Shown one piece after another: positions 21,063-30,623 of a DNA stretch of 64,000 nucleotides (positions are counted from its first letter, which is position 1; each line of letters starts with the position of its first letter). Source of the DNA: Candidatus Latescibacterota bacterium (lineage in GTDB: Bacteria > Latescibacterota > UBA2968 > GCA-2709665). The stretch spans positions 4,352,001 to 4,416,000 of the forward strand of contig OZ250150.1 in NCBI GenBank assembly GCA_965237675.1, given 5' to 3'. The notes beneath the pieces are model-generated. The model ran no database searches, was not told where the DNA came from, and was given only the letters and a program-made list of their open reading frames with translations. The position numbers and the translations under genes were made by a program.

Positions 21063-21539
21063 TTACGACTTCTGCTGACGCAATGTTTGAAAGAACTGTT
21101 TCAGAATCTCTGAACAAGGCGCTTCGAGCACGCCTCGACGAACGTCGATCCGATGGTTTAGCCTCGGGTCTTCGACGATGTTGCGCAGCGAACCGCAGGC
21201 CCCGGTTTTCGGGTCGTTGGCGCCAATCACCAGGCGCGATACCCGCGCGAGCACGAGCGCCCCCGCACACATCGCGCACGGCTCCAGGGTGACGTAGACC
21301 ACGCATTCGGTAAGCCACTTCATTCCCGTGCTCGCCGTTGCGGAACGAATGGCCAGCATCTCCGCGTGCGCCGTGGGATCATTGTCTCTCAGAATGCGGT
21401 TCTGCCCCCGCCCCACCACCACCCCGTTCTGCAGGACCACCGCCCCCACCGGCACTTCACCTGCATCGCCAGCCGCCCGGGCCTCGGCAAGCGCCAGTTG
21501 CATTCCGGCTTCGTCCGCGTCCGTCAATTCGCGCACCAT
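21063..21539 (-). CDS. tadA: tRNA adenosine(34) deaminase
   Basis: EVPVGAV, DPTAHAE, TLEPCAMC, DPKTGA. Confidence 0.95.
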   Translation of the reverse strand: MVRELTDADEAGMQLALAEARAAGDAGEVPVGAVVLQNGVVVGRGQNRILRDNDPTAHAEMLAIRSATASTGMKWLTECVVYVTLEPCAMCAGALVLARVSRLVIGANDPKTGACGSLRNIVEDPRLNHRIDVRRGVLEAPCSEILKQFFQTLRQQKS

Positions 21540-21694
21540 CCAAGCGGAAAATCGTCTACCGAAAGTCCTCTAAAGAGCCGGACAAAAATACCGTTTTCCG
21601 GCTTCGCCGTCAACCATTTTCCCGCTGGAACGGCGGTGGATCGCATCGGCTCATTCGACCGGGAAGGCCGGTGCAAATGTTGGATGAGACCGGA

Positions 21695-23005
21695 TCAGCC
21701 GCGGGCGCCCAGCCTCGTAATGAAGAAGGGCACCAGCATTTCCCGCTCGTGCAACCCGCCGTGACGGCCGCCAACCAGGTCGGAGGGTGTGGCGTCATCC
21801 TTGTATGCGTGAAACAGCGTGGCGCTGCCGCGCATCAGGGCAAGCAGATCGCCGATCCGCCCGGAAAGTCCCGACGCGTGCGGCCCGTCCCCCCACAGGC
21901 CATCGGCGAGCGCGCGTTCGGTTTCCACAACACATGCCCGGTCCGCCAACCCACGCTTCAGGGCGGATTTCACTTCTTGCGTCGCGCCGTCGCGCACGTG
22001 GAAATACGCCGACCGCGCCGTCCCGGTCGGCGGCGCCACGAGCCGGTGTTCCAGCCCCTCGAGCGTGGCAACCGGCACGATATCCGACTCGTCGACCTGA
22101 ATGTGCCCGTGATCCGCGAGAAGCATGAAGGCGGCGCTCACTTCCTGTCCGTCGAGAGGCGCAATCAGTTCTCTTTCTACGGAGTAGCCCAGGCTGCAGA
22201 TCTCTCCCGCGGGTTCTTCCCCCCCGGCGCCGTACCGATGCTGAATCGCATCCAGCGTATCCGTGTAGAGCCAGATACACGCCGGCTGTCCTGGATCCGT
22301 GGTCACCATTCTTCGAACCTGGATAAACAGATCCGACGCATTCACGAACGGGATCACGTCGGTGGCGCCGTCATACAACATCTCGGACAGGCCGCTGTGC
22401 GCCAGCGAGCGATGAATCATGCAATAGGACGAAACCCCCGCCCGCGTCAATAGGCTGTGCACGGTGGGCACGCCCAGCAGGGCCCGGGCGTCTCCGCTGT
22501 TTGGCAACATCCGGCCGAGACGTTCGTCAACCTCCGGACTCAACCGGATCATATTCGCCACGTACCCCCTGTCCGGCATGTACATTCTGTATCCCGCGAT
22601 GCCATGTCCGGCCGGCGGCAGCCCCGTGTGAAAAGACGAAAGCGCCGCCGCGGTGGTAGATGGAAAAACCGACGTGAGCGGCGCGAACCGTCCACGCTCC
22701 GCCAGCGTCCGGAACCCCGGCACCGGCCCGGATTCCAACGCCTCGGTGAGCGTGAGATAGCCGAGGGCGTCCGCGAGCATAATCACCAGTTTGCCGGCGC
22801 CCTCCAGTTCGCCGCCCACGACCTCCGCGGCCAGCCCCGGCGACTTGACCCCGCCGATGCCGAAATGCCGCAGCACCGTGGGCGCCACGTTCGCCACGCT
22901 GTATCCGTCGTACGCCGGCCACACAAACTCGTCCGGCAACGACGTATCGCCGATTCGACCGGGCCGGCGGAGTCGCTTCAAGACTCGCTCAGCAATCGGA
23001 TTCAT
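21695..23005 (-). CDS. Alkaline phosphatase superfamily / nucleotide pyrophosphatase-phosphodiesterase
   Basis: LADALG, SVFPSTTAAA, TG..P..HG, ADHGH, GRHGGL..EM.VP. Confidence 0.85.
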   Translation of the reverse strand: MNPIAERVLKRLRRPGRIGDTSLPDEFVWPAYDGYSVANVAPTVLRHFGIGGVKSPGLAAEVVGGELEGAGKLVIMLADALGYLTLTEALESGPVPGFRTLAERGRFAPLTSVFPSTTAAALSSFHTGLPPAGHGIAGYRMYMPDRGYVANMIRLSPEVDERLGRMLPNSGDARALLGVPTVHSLLTRAGVSSYCMIHRSLAHSGLSEMLYDGATDVIPFVNASDLFIQVRRMVTTDPGQPACIWLYTDTLDAIQHRYGAGGEEPAGEICSLGYSVERELIAPLDGQEVSAAFMLLADHGHIQVDESDIVPVATLEGLEHRLVAPPTGTARSAYFHVRDGATQEVKSALKRGLADRACVVETERALADGLWGDGPHASGLSGRIGDLLALMRGSATLFHAYKDDATPSDLVGGRHGGLHEREMLVPFFITRLGARG

Positions 23006-23181
23006 TCCATCTCCTGGCGAAGGATTTCCCCCTGGAAAACAAGGCCCCAAAATAGACCGGCCGTGGCATCATGTCAAGGCCGAATCCTGGCACACAAACG
23101 CCATCCGTGCCCTCCGTTGTGAACGCGCGAAACCGCCATTATGGAATACCCGGACCGTGGCGCCGGAAGCGGATTTTGTGC

Positions 23182-23210
23182 TTGACACCAGGGGCCCCTT
23201 GTGGTAAGTT
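23182..23210 (+). promoter_or_regulatory. tRNA-Asn promoter
   Basis: TTGACA-N17-TAAGTT. Confidence 0.6.
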
Positions 23211-23234
23211 TTTCCCGCTCTTGGATTACAGGGT

Positions 23235-23310
23235 TCCGGCGTAGCTCAGCTGGCAGAGCGGGTGGCTGTTAACCACTAGGTCGTAGGTTCGAGTCCTACC
23301 GCCGGAGCCA
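23235..23310 (+). tRNA. tRNA-Asn(GTT)
   Basis: TCCGGCGTAGCTCAG...GTGG-CTGTTAA-CCAC...GTTCGAGTCC...GGAGCCA. Confidence 0.96.
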
Positions 23311-23347
23311 ATTTCCTTTGTCGCCTTCCTGCCCCCTGCATACCAAC

Positions 23348-23383
23348 ACGAGACCCCGCGGCGAAATGCCTGCGGGGTCTCGT
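23348..23383 (+). terminator. Hairpin downstream of tRNA-Asn
   Basis: ACGAGACCCCGC...GCGGGGTCTCGT inverted repeat. Confidence 0.55.
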
Positions 23384-23510
23384 CGTATCCGATGTTTTCT
23401 CAATAGTTTATGCCCGGCTGCACATACTCCCTGATTGTCCTTATGACACGTCGCGGACGCATCCATTTCGGGTTCGGTCCGATACTGACCGTTACTGCTC
23501 TGGAGAGGGG

Positions 23511-23700
23511 CTTACGCTTCGACGCGTAGTCGTCCGGACCGCTCCGAGTGGGATTCACGGATGACGATGTCCACGTCGCGCCCAAGCGCCGTCAGAAGGC
23601 GCAGGAGCCGCTGCAAGGACTACCTGAGTGATGTGCCTGATGCTGCCTCGCCGGGGAACCGGCCGACGTCATCGAGGGTTCGCTGGAAGAACTCCATCTG
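23511..23700 (-). pseudogene. Remnant of RelE-like toxin / XRE (HTH_37-like) antitoxin pair
   Basis: Manual translation: toxin-like N-terminus MEFFQRTLDDVGRFP followed by antitoxin C-terminus SLQRLLRLLTALGRDVDIVIRE...GRLRVEA*. Confidence 0.55.
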
Positions 23701-23751
23701 CAATTCCTCGACCGGATCGCCTCATTGAATCGGCATGCCGGCGGAGCAGCA

Positions 23752-24078
23752 CTACGCCTGAAGCAGGCGCCGCTGCAGCAATGTCTGCATGTCACGCCGC
23801 CCGTCCGCGATGACGAGCACAAAGACGGTATCGCCGATCACCCGATAGATGATGCGGTAGGGCTTGAAGAAGACCTCCCGGTACTCGCGCACCCCGACGT
23901 CGAGCAGCTCCCTCGGATAGCTCCCACGCTGCGGATGCTCGGACAGGGCCTGGAACGTCCTTTCGATCCGTTCCAGCACGTGATCCGCTCGGGCCGGCGA
24001 ATCGTGTCGGTCGATATAGTCGCAGATTGCTTCCAGGTCGCGGGCGGCGTCATCGGTCAACTGAACGCGAAAGGACAT
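23752..24078 (-). CDS. ParE/RelE family toxin
   Basis: V.LTDDAARDLEAI.DYI, PYRIIYRV, V.VLVIADGRRDM. Confidence 0.9.
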   Translation of the reverse strand: MSFRVQLTDDAARDLEAICDYIDRHDSPARADHVLERIERTFQALSEHPQRGSYPRELLDVGVREYREVFFKPYRIIYRVIGDTVFVLVIADGRRDMQTLLQRRLLQA

Positions 24079-24359
24079 CAGCGATCCCGTTTCCGCTCCC
24101 GGAGCCGCGCGATCACGTCCGCCGCGGGTTCCACCTGGCCGGCCTCGATCTGCCGGTTGCCCAGTGCGAGAATCTTGAGCAGCGCCATCGTCTCCTGCGT
24201 CTCCTCAAAGCTGTCGATGTCCTGCAGCACCACCTTGGCTTCGCCATTTTGCGTGATGACCAGGGGCTCTCCCCGATCGCCGAGCGTGCGCACGATCTCC
24301 GAGACGTGGGCCTTGAGGTAGCTGATCGGCTTGATCTGGTCGGACAGTTTCATGGGCAC
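24078..24359 (-). CDS. Phd/YefM family antitoxin
   Basis: IKPISYLKAH, PLVITQNGEAKVVLQD; 1-nt overlap with toxin. Confidence 0.9.
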   Translation of the reverse strand: MPMKLSDQIKPISYLKAHVSEIVRTLGDRGEPLVITQNGEAKVVLQDIDSFEETQETMALLKILALGNRQIEAGQVEPAADVIARLRERKRDR

Positions 24360-24368
24360 CTCCTTTCC

Positions 24369-24398
24369 AGTCTAAATATAGTCCATAAACAGGTCTAA
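24369..24398 (-). promoter_or_regulatory. Putative antitoxin operator repeats
   Basis: TTAGACC / ATGGACT / TTAGACT spaced 11-12 bp just upstream of the antitoxin RBS. Confidence 0.45.
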
Positions 24399-24811
24399 AA
24401 ACAAGCACGGACTTCGCCGGTCGGCAACTGCAAAGGAAGACGGGCGACATCAGGGCGCCGATCGGACCCTTTCACCAGGCCCTCGCCAGCCCACGTCCAA
24501 CCAGATTGTCCCCCGCCTTTTCTTTGTTCGCGCGCACGGTTGGCGGCGAAGCCTGTCGCGGCTGCCTGCAACGCGCCAGGCATCTCCAACACGTTTTTCA
24601 AAGCGCCGAGATCCGCCTTACGCCCCATATCGGCGTGGTTTTTTTTGGCGTTTGCCCAACTTCGGAATTGACCTGAACTCGTTGAGTTCATATATAGTTT
24701 GTACTCATTCGATATCCGGTCCGTTTCTGTTCGAAGTTGAACCGGATTCGCCGTTGGCTGTCCGATATCAATGCCAAGGGCTGCTTTGATGTACTTTGGA
24801 GATTAAACCGC

Positions 24812-26461
24812 GTGCCTGAAATCGACTATCTCACGGATCTGATAATCGTACTCGGCTCGGCGGTGCTGGTCGCAACCGTACTGCGGCGCGCAGGGATCCC
24901 GTCGATCGCCGGACTGATTCTGGCGGGTATGCTGGCCGGACCCACGGCGCTGGCCCTCGTGGACGACACCCACCAGGTTGAGGTGCTGGCAGAGATCGGA
25001 ATCGTCCTCCTGCTCTTCGGGATCGGTCTGGAACTCTCACTGAGCCATATGCGGCGCCTCTGGAAAGCCGTCCTGCTGGGCGGAGGCATCCAGGTGACCG
25101 CCACCATCGTCTGCACCGCGGCTGCGGCAAGTTGGTTCGGTCTTGCGCCGGGGCCGGCGGTGTTTCTGGGCTTTAGCGTCGCCGTTTCCAGCACGGCCAT
25201 TGTCCTGCGAGGCCTTTCCAAGCGGGGTGAACTGGATGCGCCGCACGGCCGCCTGGCTGTCGGCATCCTGATCTTCCAGGACCTGAGCGTGATTCCGATG
25301 ATCCTGGCGGTGCCTTTTCTGGCCGGACAGGAAAGCTCCGCGCGGGAGATCGCGCTGGCAGCCGCCACAAGCCTCGCCATCCTGGTAGGTGTGCTCGTTG
25401 CAGCCAACCGCGTTGTTCCATTTATACTCGCATTCGTGGCCAGGACGAGGGAGAGAGAGTTGTTTATTCTGACCGTCTTTCTCGTCTGTTTCGGAATTGC
25501 GTGGGTGCTTTCGCTGGCGGGACTCTCGCTGGCGCTGGGTGCGTTCCTGGCGGGCATAATCGTCGCGGGAAGCGAGTTTCGTCACCAGGCAATGTCGGAC
25601 CTGATTCCCGTGCGCGAAGCCTTCGCCAGCCTGTTCTTCGTTTCCGTGGGCATGCTGTTGGACGTTTCGGAAGTGTTCGCGCACCTCCTGCCGACGCTCG
25701 GGCTCTGCGCCATTATTCTCGTGGGCAAATTCGCCATCGTGCTTGGAATGGGCCTCGTGCTTCGGCTGCCGCTGCGCGTAGCGATCCAGTCCGCGGCCAC
25801 GTTGTGCCAGATCGGCGAGTTTTCGTTCGTGCTCCTGAAGGCAGCCTCGGGAACCGGCCTCCTCGATCCCACACTATCTCACAACCTCCTGCTGGCGATC
25901 ATCCTGTCCATGTTGCTCACACCCATGGCCATCGCATTCGCCCCGCACCTGGCGCTCGGCGTCAGCCGAATCCCATGGCTCAACCGGATTCTGGATGCCG
26001 AGCCCCCCGGAATCGATTCCCACGAACCGTACAGCGACCATGTTATCGTCGCCGGGTACGGCCGGGCGGGCAGAGAGGTCTGTCGGGCGGCTCGAAACGC
26101 AGGGTTCGCCTGTGTTGCAGTTGACGTGAATGTCGACAATGTCCGCAAGGCAAAAGCGGCGGGAGACCTGGCGGTGTACGGAGACGTTACGCAGACGGAA
26201 ATCCTTGAGGACCTCGGTTGCAGGGATGCGCGCCTTGTTGTGGTAACCATCAACGACACACGTGCTACCGAGATCGCCGTCCACGCGATCCGCGCCGCGG
26301 CGCCCGACACCTCCATCATCGCTCGCACCCTGTACGACATGGACGAGAACTCGCTGCGGGACGCAGGCGCCACCCGGGTCATCACGGCCGAAGCCACGAC
26401 CAGTGACGTGGTCGTCAATACATGCCTTGCGGAACTGGAATCGGGAAAGACGGAGACTTAG
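24812..26461 (+). CDS. CPA2-family cation:proton antiporter with TrkA-N domain (KefB/KefC/YbaL-like)
   Basis: LAEIGIVLLLFGIGLE, SSTAIV, GILIFQD, LGAFLAG, QIGEFSFVL, GYGRAG Rossmann. Confidence 0.92.
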   Translation: MPEIDYLTDLIIVLGSAVLVATVLRRAGIPSIAGLILAGMLAGPTALALVDDTHQVEVLAEIGIVLLLFGIGLELSLSHMRRLWKAVLLGGGIQVTATIVCTAAAASWFGLAPGPAVFLGFSVAVSSTAIVLRGLSKRGELDAPHGRLAVGILIFQDLSVIPMILAVPFLAGQESSAREIALAAATSLAILVGVLVAANRVVPFILAFVARTRERELFILTVFLVCFGIAWVLSLAGLSLALGAFLAGIIVAGSEFRHQAMSDLIPVREAFASLFFVSVGMLLDVSEVFAHLLPTLGLCAIILVGKFAIVLGMGLVLRLPLRVAIQSAATLCQIGEFSFVLLKAASGTGLLDPTLSHNLLLAIILSMLLTPMAIAFAPHLALGVSRIPWLNRILDAEPPGIDSHEPYSDHVIVAGYGRAGREVCRAARNAGFACVAVDVNVDNVRKAKAAGDLAVYGDVTQTEILEDLGCRDARLVVVTINDTRATEIAVHAIRAAAPDTSIIARTLYDMDENSLRDAGATRVITAEATTSDVVVNTCLAELESGKTET

Positions 26462-26534
26462 TGTCAAGATGCAAAGCCACAATTGACTGGTTGTCCTAGG
26501 ATTCCCTGTGGTCATTTCCCTCCCTTCTTATTGA

Positions 26535-26665
26535 TTTTATTATTTTTACGCCCTTTTTCTTTCTCGCCCAAGAAAAAGGGCCAAAAAGAACGGCGCCGCT
26601 CAGACGCCGCGGGGCTGCTTTTCCGAGAACCACCTCAAAGGCGATTGCCTGGGTTGGTGGCCTGC
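26535..26665 (+). repeat. Structured repeat element, diverged copy A
   Basis: CCCTTTTTCTT..CCAAGAAAAAGGG.CAAAAAGAA.GGCGCCG...TTTTCCGAGAA, homologous to copies at 27355 and 27804. Confidence 0.75.
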
Positions 26666-26705
26666 GTAGTTCCGTGGTGTTCCGTAAACCGTGTTGCTGC
26701 GCGAA

Positions 26706-26741
26706 GGGCGGCGGTTCGCGAACCGCCCCTACAAAATCTGA
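26706..26741 (-). repeat. GTAG-type REP-like palindrome, type 1 (second copy 28184-28217)
   Basis: GGCGGTTCGCGAACCGCCCCTACAAAATCTGA present twice. Confidence 0.8.
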
Positions 26742-26761
26742 TCATCCGCAAATCTTAATCG

Positions 26762-26836
26762 CCGGGTCGTAACGTTGGACGACGGCGAGACTATTCACAA
26801 TGCATTCTTTGACAGGGGATTTCGAAAGGAAATGCG
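26762..26836 (+). pseudogene. C-terminal remnant of toxin-like partner of DUF2283 protein
   Basis: RVVTLDDGETIHNAFFDRGF, typical end of small proteins preceding DUF2283 genes. Confidence 0.5.
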
Positions 26837-27052
26837 ATGAAACTACACTATTATCCGGAGACCGACAGCCTCTACGTCGAATTCAAACCCGAACCGGGCG
26901 CGGAAACTCGCGAGGTCGCCGACGGTCTGAATGTCGATCTTGACGCCAATGGCGACGTCGTGGGATTTGACATCGATAAGGCTTCCGTCCGCCTGGACCT
27001 TTCCACTTTGGAAACGACGGCGCTGCCGGTGCGCGCTTACAAAGCGGGATGA
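26837..27052 (+). CDS. DUF2283-family protein (putative antitoxin)
   Basis: MKLHYYPETDSLY, VDLDANGDVVGFDI. Confidence 0.85.
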   Translation: MKLHYYPETDSLYVEFKPEPGAETREVADGLNVDLDANGDVVGFDIDKASVRLDLSTLETTALPVRAYKAG

Positions 27053-27181
27053 ACTGCGGCGGACCTGCGCTTCACGAGTGTGTAATTGAAGAACACGCCC
27101 ACCCAGATGGTATTGCAGCATACGACGAGGAAGCGGAACCACTTGTTGTTCCGGGAATTCTAATTGTCGCTAATTAGCAAC

Positions 27182-27270
27182 GCGCCACCCGGGTCATCAC
27201 GGCCGAAGCCACGACCAGTGACGTGGTCGTCAACACCTGCCTCGCGGAACTGGGATCGGGAAAGACGTAG
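27182..27270 (+). repeat. Direct repeat of the antiporter gene 3' end (26367-26452)
   Basis: About 86 bp near-identical GCGCCACCCGGGTCATCACGGCC...TCGGGAAAGACG, followed here by TAG. Confidence 0.9.
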
Positions 27271-27354
27271 GCGTAGGCAGGGTAACGACGGAAAACGGCC
27301 AATGATGATCGGTTGTGCTCCGGGCCTGTGAGGTCACTTCCCTCTGCCTTATTA

Positions 27355-27541
27355 TCTCATTTTTCTTTTTTCTTCGTCCTTTTTCTTGTACGCCAAGAAA
27401 AAGGGCGAAAAAGAAGGGCGCCGTTCGGCACGGGGCCGTTCTTTCCGCGAAGCGCCTAACGACCTGGCACAGGCTTCTTTGCCCTTCGTTCCCGTACGAA
27501 CCCACAGGGCTTCGGTGCTGGACGGATTAACGCGGAAAAAC
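27355..27541 (+). repeat. Structured repeat element, copy B
   Basis: About 97 nt identical to copy C, 64-nt variable core, conserved TGCTGRACGGAWTAACGCGGAAAAAC tail. Confidence 0.85.
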
Positions 27542-27576
27542 CCCCAACCCCCAGACCGGACGCGCCGTCGTTGTAT

Positions 27577-27658
27577 TTGTAGGGGCAACCCTTGTGGTTG
27601 CCCTCGTCGTGGCGCGCGCATCTCCGATTGGCTTCGCCGGGCCATATCGATGTCCGGT
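27577..27658 (+). repeat. GTAG-type REP-like palindrome type 2 plus tail (second copy 28261-28343)
   Basis: TTTGTAGGGGCAACCCTTGTGGTTGCCC...GGGCCATATCGATGTCCGGT present twice. Confidence 0.8.
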
Positions 27659-27803
27659 GGACGCCGGGTGGCCTTCTTACGTTTCCCGTTTCCCGTCTCA
27701 CTGCCTCATGCGGTGTGGTCCTCTCACTTCTACCGGCTTACGGCTTACGGCTCTTTGGAACTGCGTTTCGGTCGGACACAGGCTTTTCCTCCATCCCTTC
27801 AAC

Positions 27804-27990
27804 TCTCATTTTTCTTTTTTCTTCGTCCTTTTTCTTGTACGCCAAGAAAAAGGGCGAAAAAGAAGGGCGCCGTTCGGCACGGGGCCGTTCTTTCCGCGAA
27901 TTGCCGAAATGGAGAAGACGTACGATGTTGCCCTGCCGGCGCCGCAGGCTATCCAAAACGACATTGCTGAACGGAATAACGCGGAAAAAC
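27804..27990 (+). repeat. Structured repeat element, copy C
   Basis: Same constant flanks as copy B with a different 64-nt core. Confidence 0.85.
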
Positions 27991-28752
27991 TCTCCCGCCA
28001 CCGATGTTGCATTTTGCGACACGTTAAGGTGCGTGCGTCCCGCCCGCACAATCGTTTGGCCATATCGCAGAGGACTCCCGCAGGTTCTCTGCTGTAGGTT
28101 TCTCGCTGAATGCTGATGGCTGATCGCTGCGTTTCCTATATGTCTTCGTGCCTTTGTGTGAGCCCATTGTCGGCGCGGAAAGACGGGCGGTTCGCGAACC
28201 GCCCCTACAAAATCTGACATCCTTGATATTGATATCGCCGTGTTACGCGCCGCCTTGGCATTTGTAGGGGCAACCCTTGTGGTTGCCCTTGTCGTGGCGC
28301 GCGAATCTCCCGTTGGATTCGCCGGGCCATATCGATGTCCGGTTTTGGCTGAGTGCTGACAGCTGTTAGCTAATAGCTGTTTTCTGATTGCTTTCCTTAG
28401 CCATTGATAAACATAGTGTTATTCTCTCACACCAGGCGACGAGTGTCCATAGGCTGGGTTTCACATAGAGCTTTCTCGTCCTGCGATTTCCACCGGGCTG
28501 CCGCTAGTAACGAGATCACAATGTAGAATTCCATCGGGTTCTTTTTCTGTACTGAACAATGCATCGGAACTGTCGCAAAATGCAACACATCCGGATCAGG
28601 GTTGAATTGCCCACCAATGCCGATTTTCATATATTCCCCAGGCATCCAATTGACTCCATCCAGGCGGGTTCGGTCGAAGATAGCCACCCATGTAGACTTA
28701 AGGCTTCCAAAGTGGTGACTGTCAATCGTGGAAATGCGAAACGGAATTGCCA

Positions 28753-29571
28753 ATGAACGATCCCCACGTGGTCGCGTTATTTTACAGTATTGATCACGGA
28801 AATGCGGTGAACTACGACGAAGCGGAACCGCTTGTTGTGGAAGAAAAAGCATTTCGTCTTGAAGTAAAGGACAAGAAAGCGTCGGTCTTCCTGAAGGATC
28901 ATTACGGGACGGAAGCAGAAGCCCGTAAAGCCATCGAGGAATACATCCGCACGTGGGAGTTCGATGCGTGTCTGCAGGGCGGGCCGGACTACTTTAAGTT
29001 GAATTATGAACGCCCTGAGATTGTGGACCGCAATCCTCAGACACCACCCCCGGGAGCTGTAGAATTATACCTAACACCAGTGATATTCCCACCGGCATCC
29101 ATTGCAGTTTCTGTTTCCAGAGTTGCCACGAGTTACCCGTCACCGCCGGCCGATGTCAGCGTCACGCCGGACGTCAAGACAATGTATGATCGGTATTTGG
29201 GGTATCGCCGAGGCCGCGAGCCGTTAACCGGGATGGCGTATTTCTGTGTGACTATCTTGGAATGGATGGCCAAAGAAGAGATTGGACGCCATAACAACCG
29301 AAAAATAAAGAAAAAAGGACGCGATGCTGCCGCCGAATATTTCCAGATTTCCAGTAGCGTCCTTAATAGAATTGGGAAGTTATCTACAGAAAGAGGTGGC
29401 CCATCGGAGGCAAGAAAGCGTGAGGGCGTCAAGCAGGATCTGACAGGAAACGAACGTCGCTTTCTGGACGAAGCGATCAAAAAGATTGTTCGCCGAGTGG
29501 CTGAGAAGGCGAAGGCAGGAAAAAGGGAATTAACGAAAATGACAATGTGTGACCTGCCGCCCTGCAAGTAG
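28753..29571 (+). CDS. Hypothetical protein (possibly MauJ/HEPN-like)
   Basis: Clean 272-aa ORF with lower GC; helical C-terminal half (AYFCVTILE...EARK); family assignment is a weak recollection. Confidence 0.6.
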   Translation: MNDPHVVALFYSIDHGNAVNYDEAEPLVVEEKAFRLEVKDKKASVFLKDHYGTEAEARKAIEEYIRTWEFDACLQGGPDYFKLNYERPEIVDRNPQTPPPGAVELYLTPVIFPPASIAVSVSRVATSYPSPPADVSVTPDVKTMYDRYLGYRRGREPLTGMAYFCVTILEWMAKEEIGRHNNRKIKKKGRDAAAEYFQISSSVLNRIGKLSTERGGPSEARKREGVKQDLTGNERRFLDEAIKKIVRRVAEKAKAGKRELTKMTMCDLPPCK

Positions 29572-29925
29572 TCGGTTTTATTCCGACGCCCGTGCGCGTA
29601 CGTATCGTCGTCGGTGCGGGACGGAGCAAAAGCTAAGCAAATTGGAAAAGGCAAAGACGAACCGAGAACTGGCGGACGTAAGTACGTGGTTGTATAGCAA
29701 GGTGTTATTTTACTCGCACGCCTATCGAATGCGGATGACATCAACCGTCATGCTTTGAGTTGCCGGGACTGCAACGCGCATCTGCCGAGCTGGTCGGTGG
29801 TCGTCCTATTGGTGTCCGGAACCGATCCCATTTGCATGGCTAACTAAGACGAGAAACTCACACCGTTCCTTCCGACGAGCCGTCATGTCTGGCGGATCTC
29901 GGAGAACGAAAAGGAAGACTAAAGC

Positions 29926-30623
29926 ATGAGTGTCGAACCGAGCAAAATCGTGACCATGGAGCACCGCGCGGTGTTTGCCTTAGTCGGGATGATCCGTACC
30001 GCAACACGTAGGCTGCGACACGGGATCGCACAGGGCGAATGGAATAATCTTCGCAATAACGTGGACCGAATCATTGCAGAGATGGATTCCTCTAACTCTA
30101 GCAAGCCAACACATCGGATGTGTCAGCTTCTAGTCGCTGGTGAGGATCGCCGGTTTTACCATCATCCTGGCGTCGATCCCATTGCTCTGTGTCGAGCCCT
30201 GTGGAAGACGGTCTTCTGTGACAGCCGACAGGAGGATCAACAATTGCGATGCAATTCGTGCGCACCGTAAAAGGGCGCTTCGAATGGACGTGGAAGCGCA
30301 AGCTACTCGAAGTCATTCTCGCAGTTCGCTTGACGCGCCACATCGGACGTGACCGGCTGCCGGCTCTCTATCTCTGGGTCGGATACTACGGCTGGGGAAT
30401 GGACAATTTCAATCAGGCTTGTTCACGTGTTCGCATCGACCCACTTTCAGCAAGCGAACTCGAATCGGCGATGCTTGTCGCGCGTTTAAAGTACCCGGAG
30501 CCACGAAACTTGCACCGCGAACAGATGCGAAGAATTCAATGTCGGGCAGCCCACCTGATCTCGTTGAGAACTTCCAGGGAGGAAAACCTGTTTTGGAACA
30601 ATTCAGCATCCCGGATCCATTGA
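29926..30623 (+). pseudogene. Transglycosylase (GT51/Transgly) domain protein split by a single-base frameshift near 30232
   Basis: EDRRFYHHPGVDPIAL.RA in frame 1; adding one G restores QGGSTIAMQFVR, followed by RKLLEVILA..L and LYL..GYYG. Confidence 0.8.

Noticed and set aside
26500-28400. CRISPR array
   Set aside because: Repeats are long (80-190 nt), few and irregularly spaced, and there are no cas genes.
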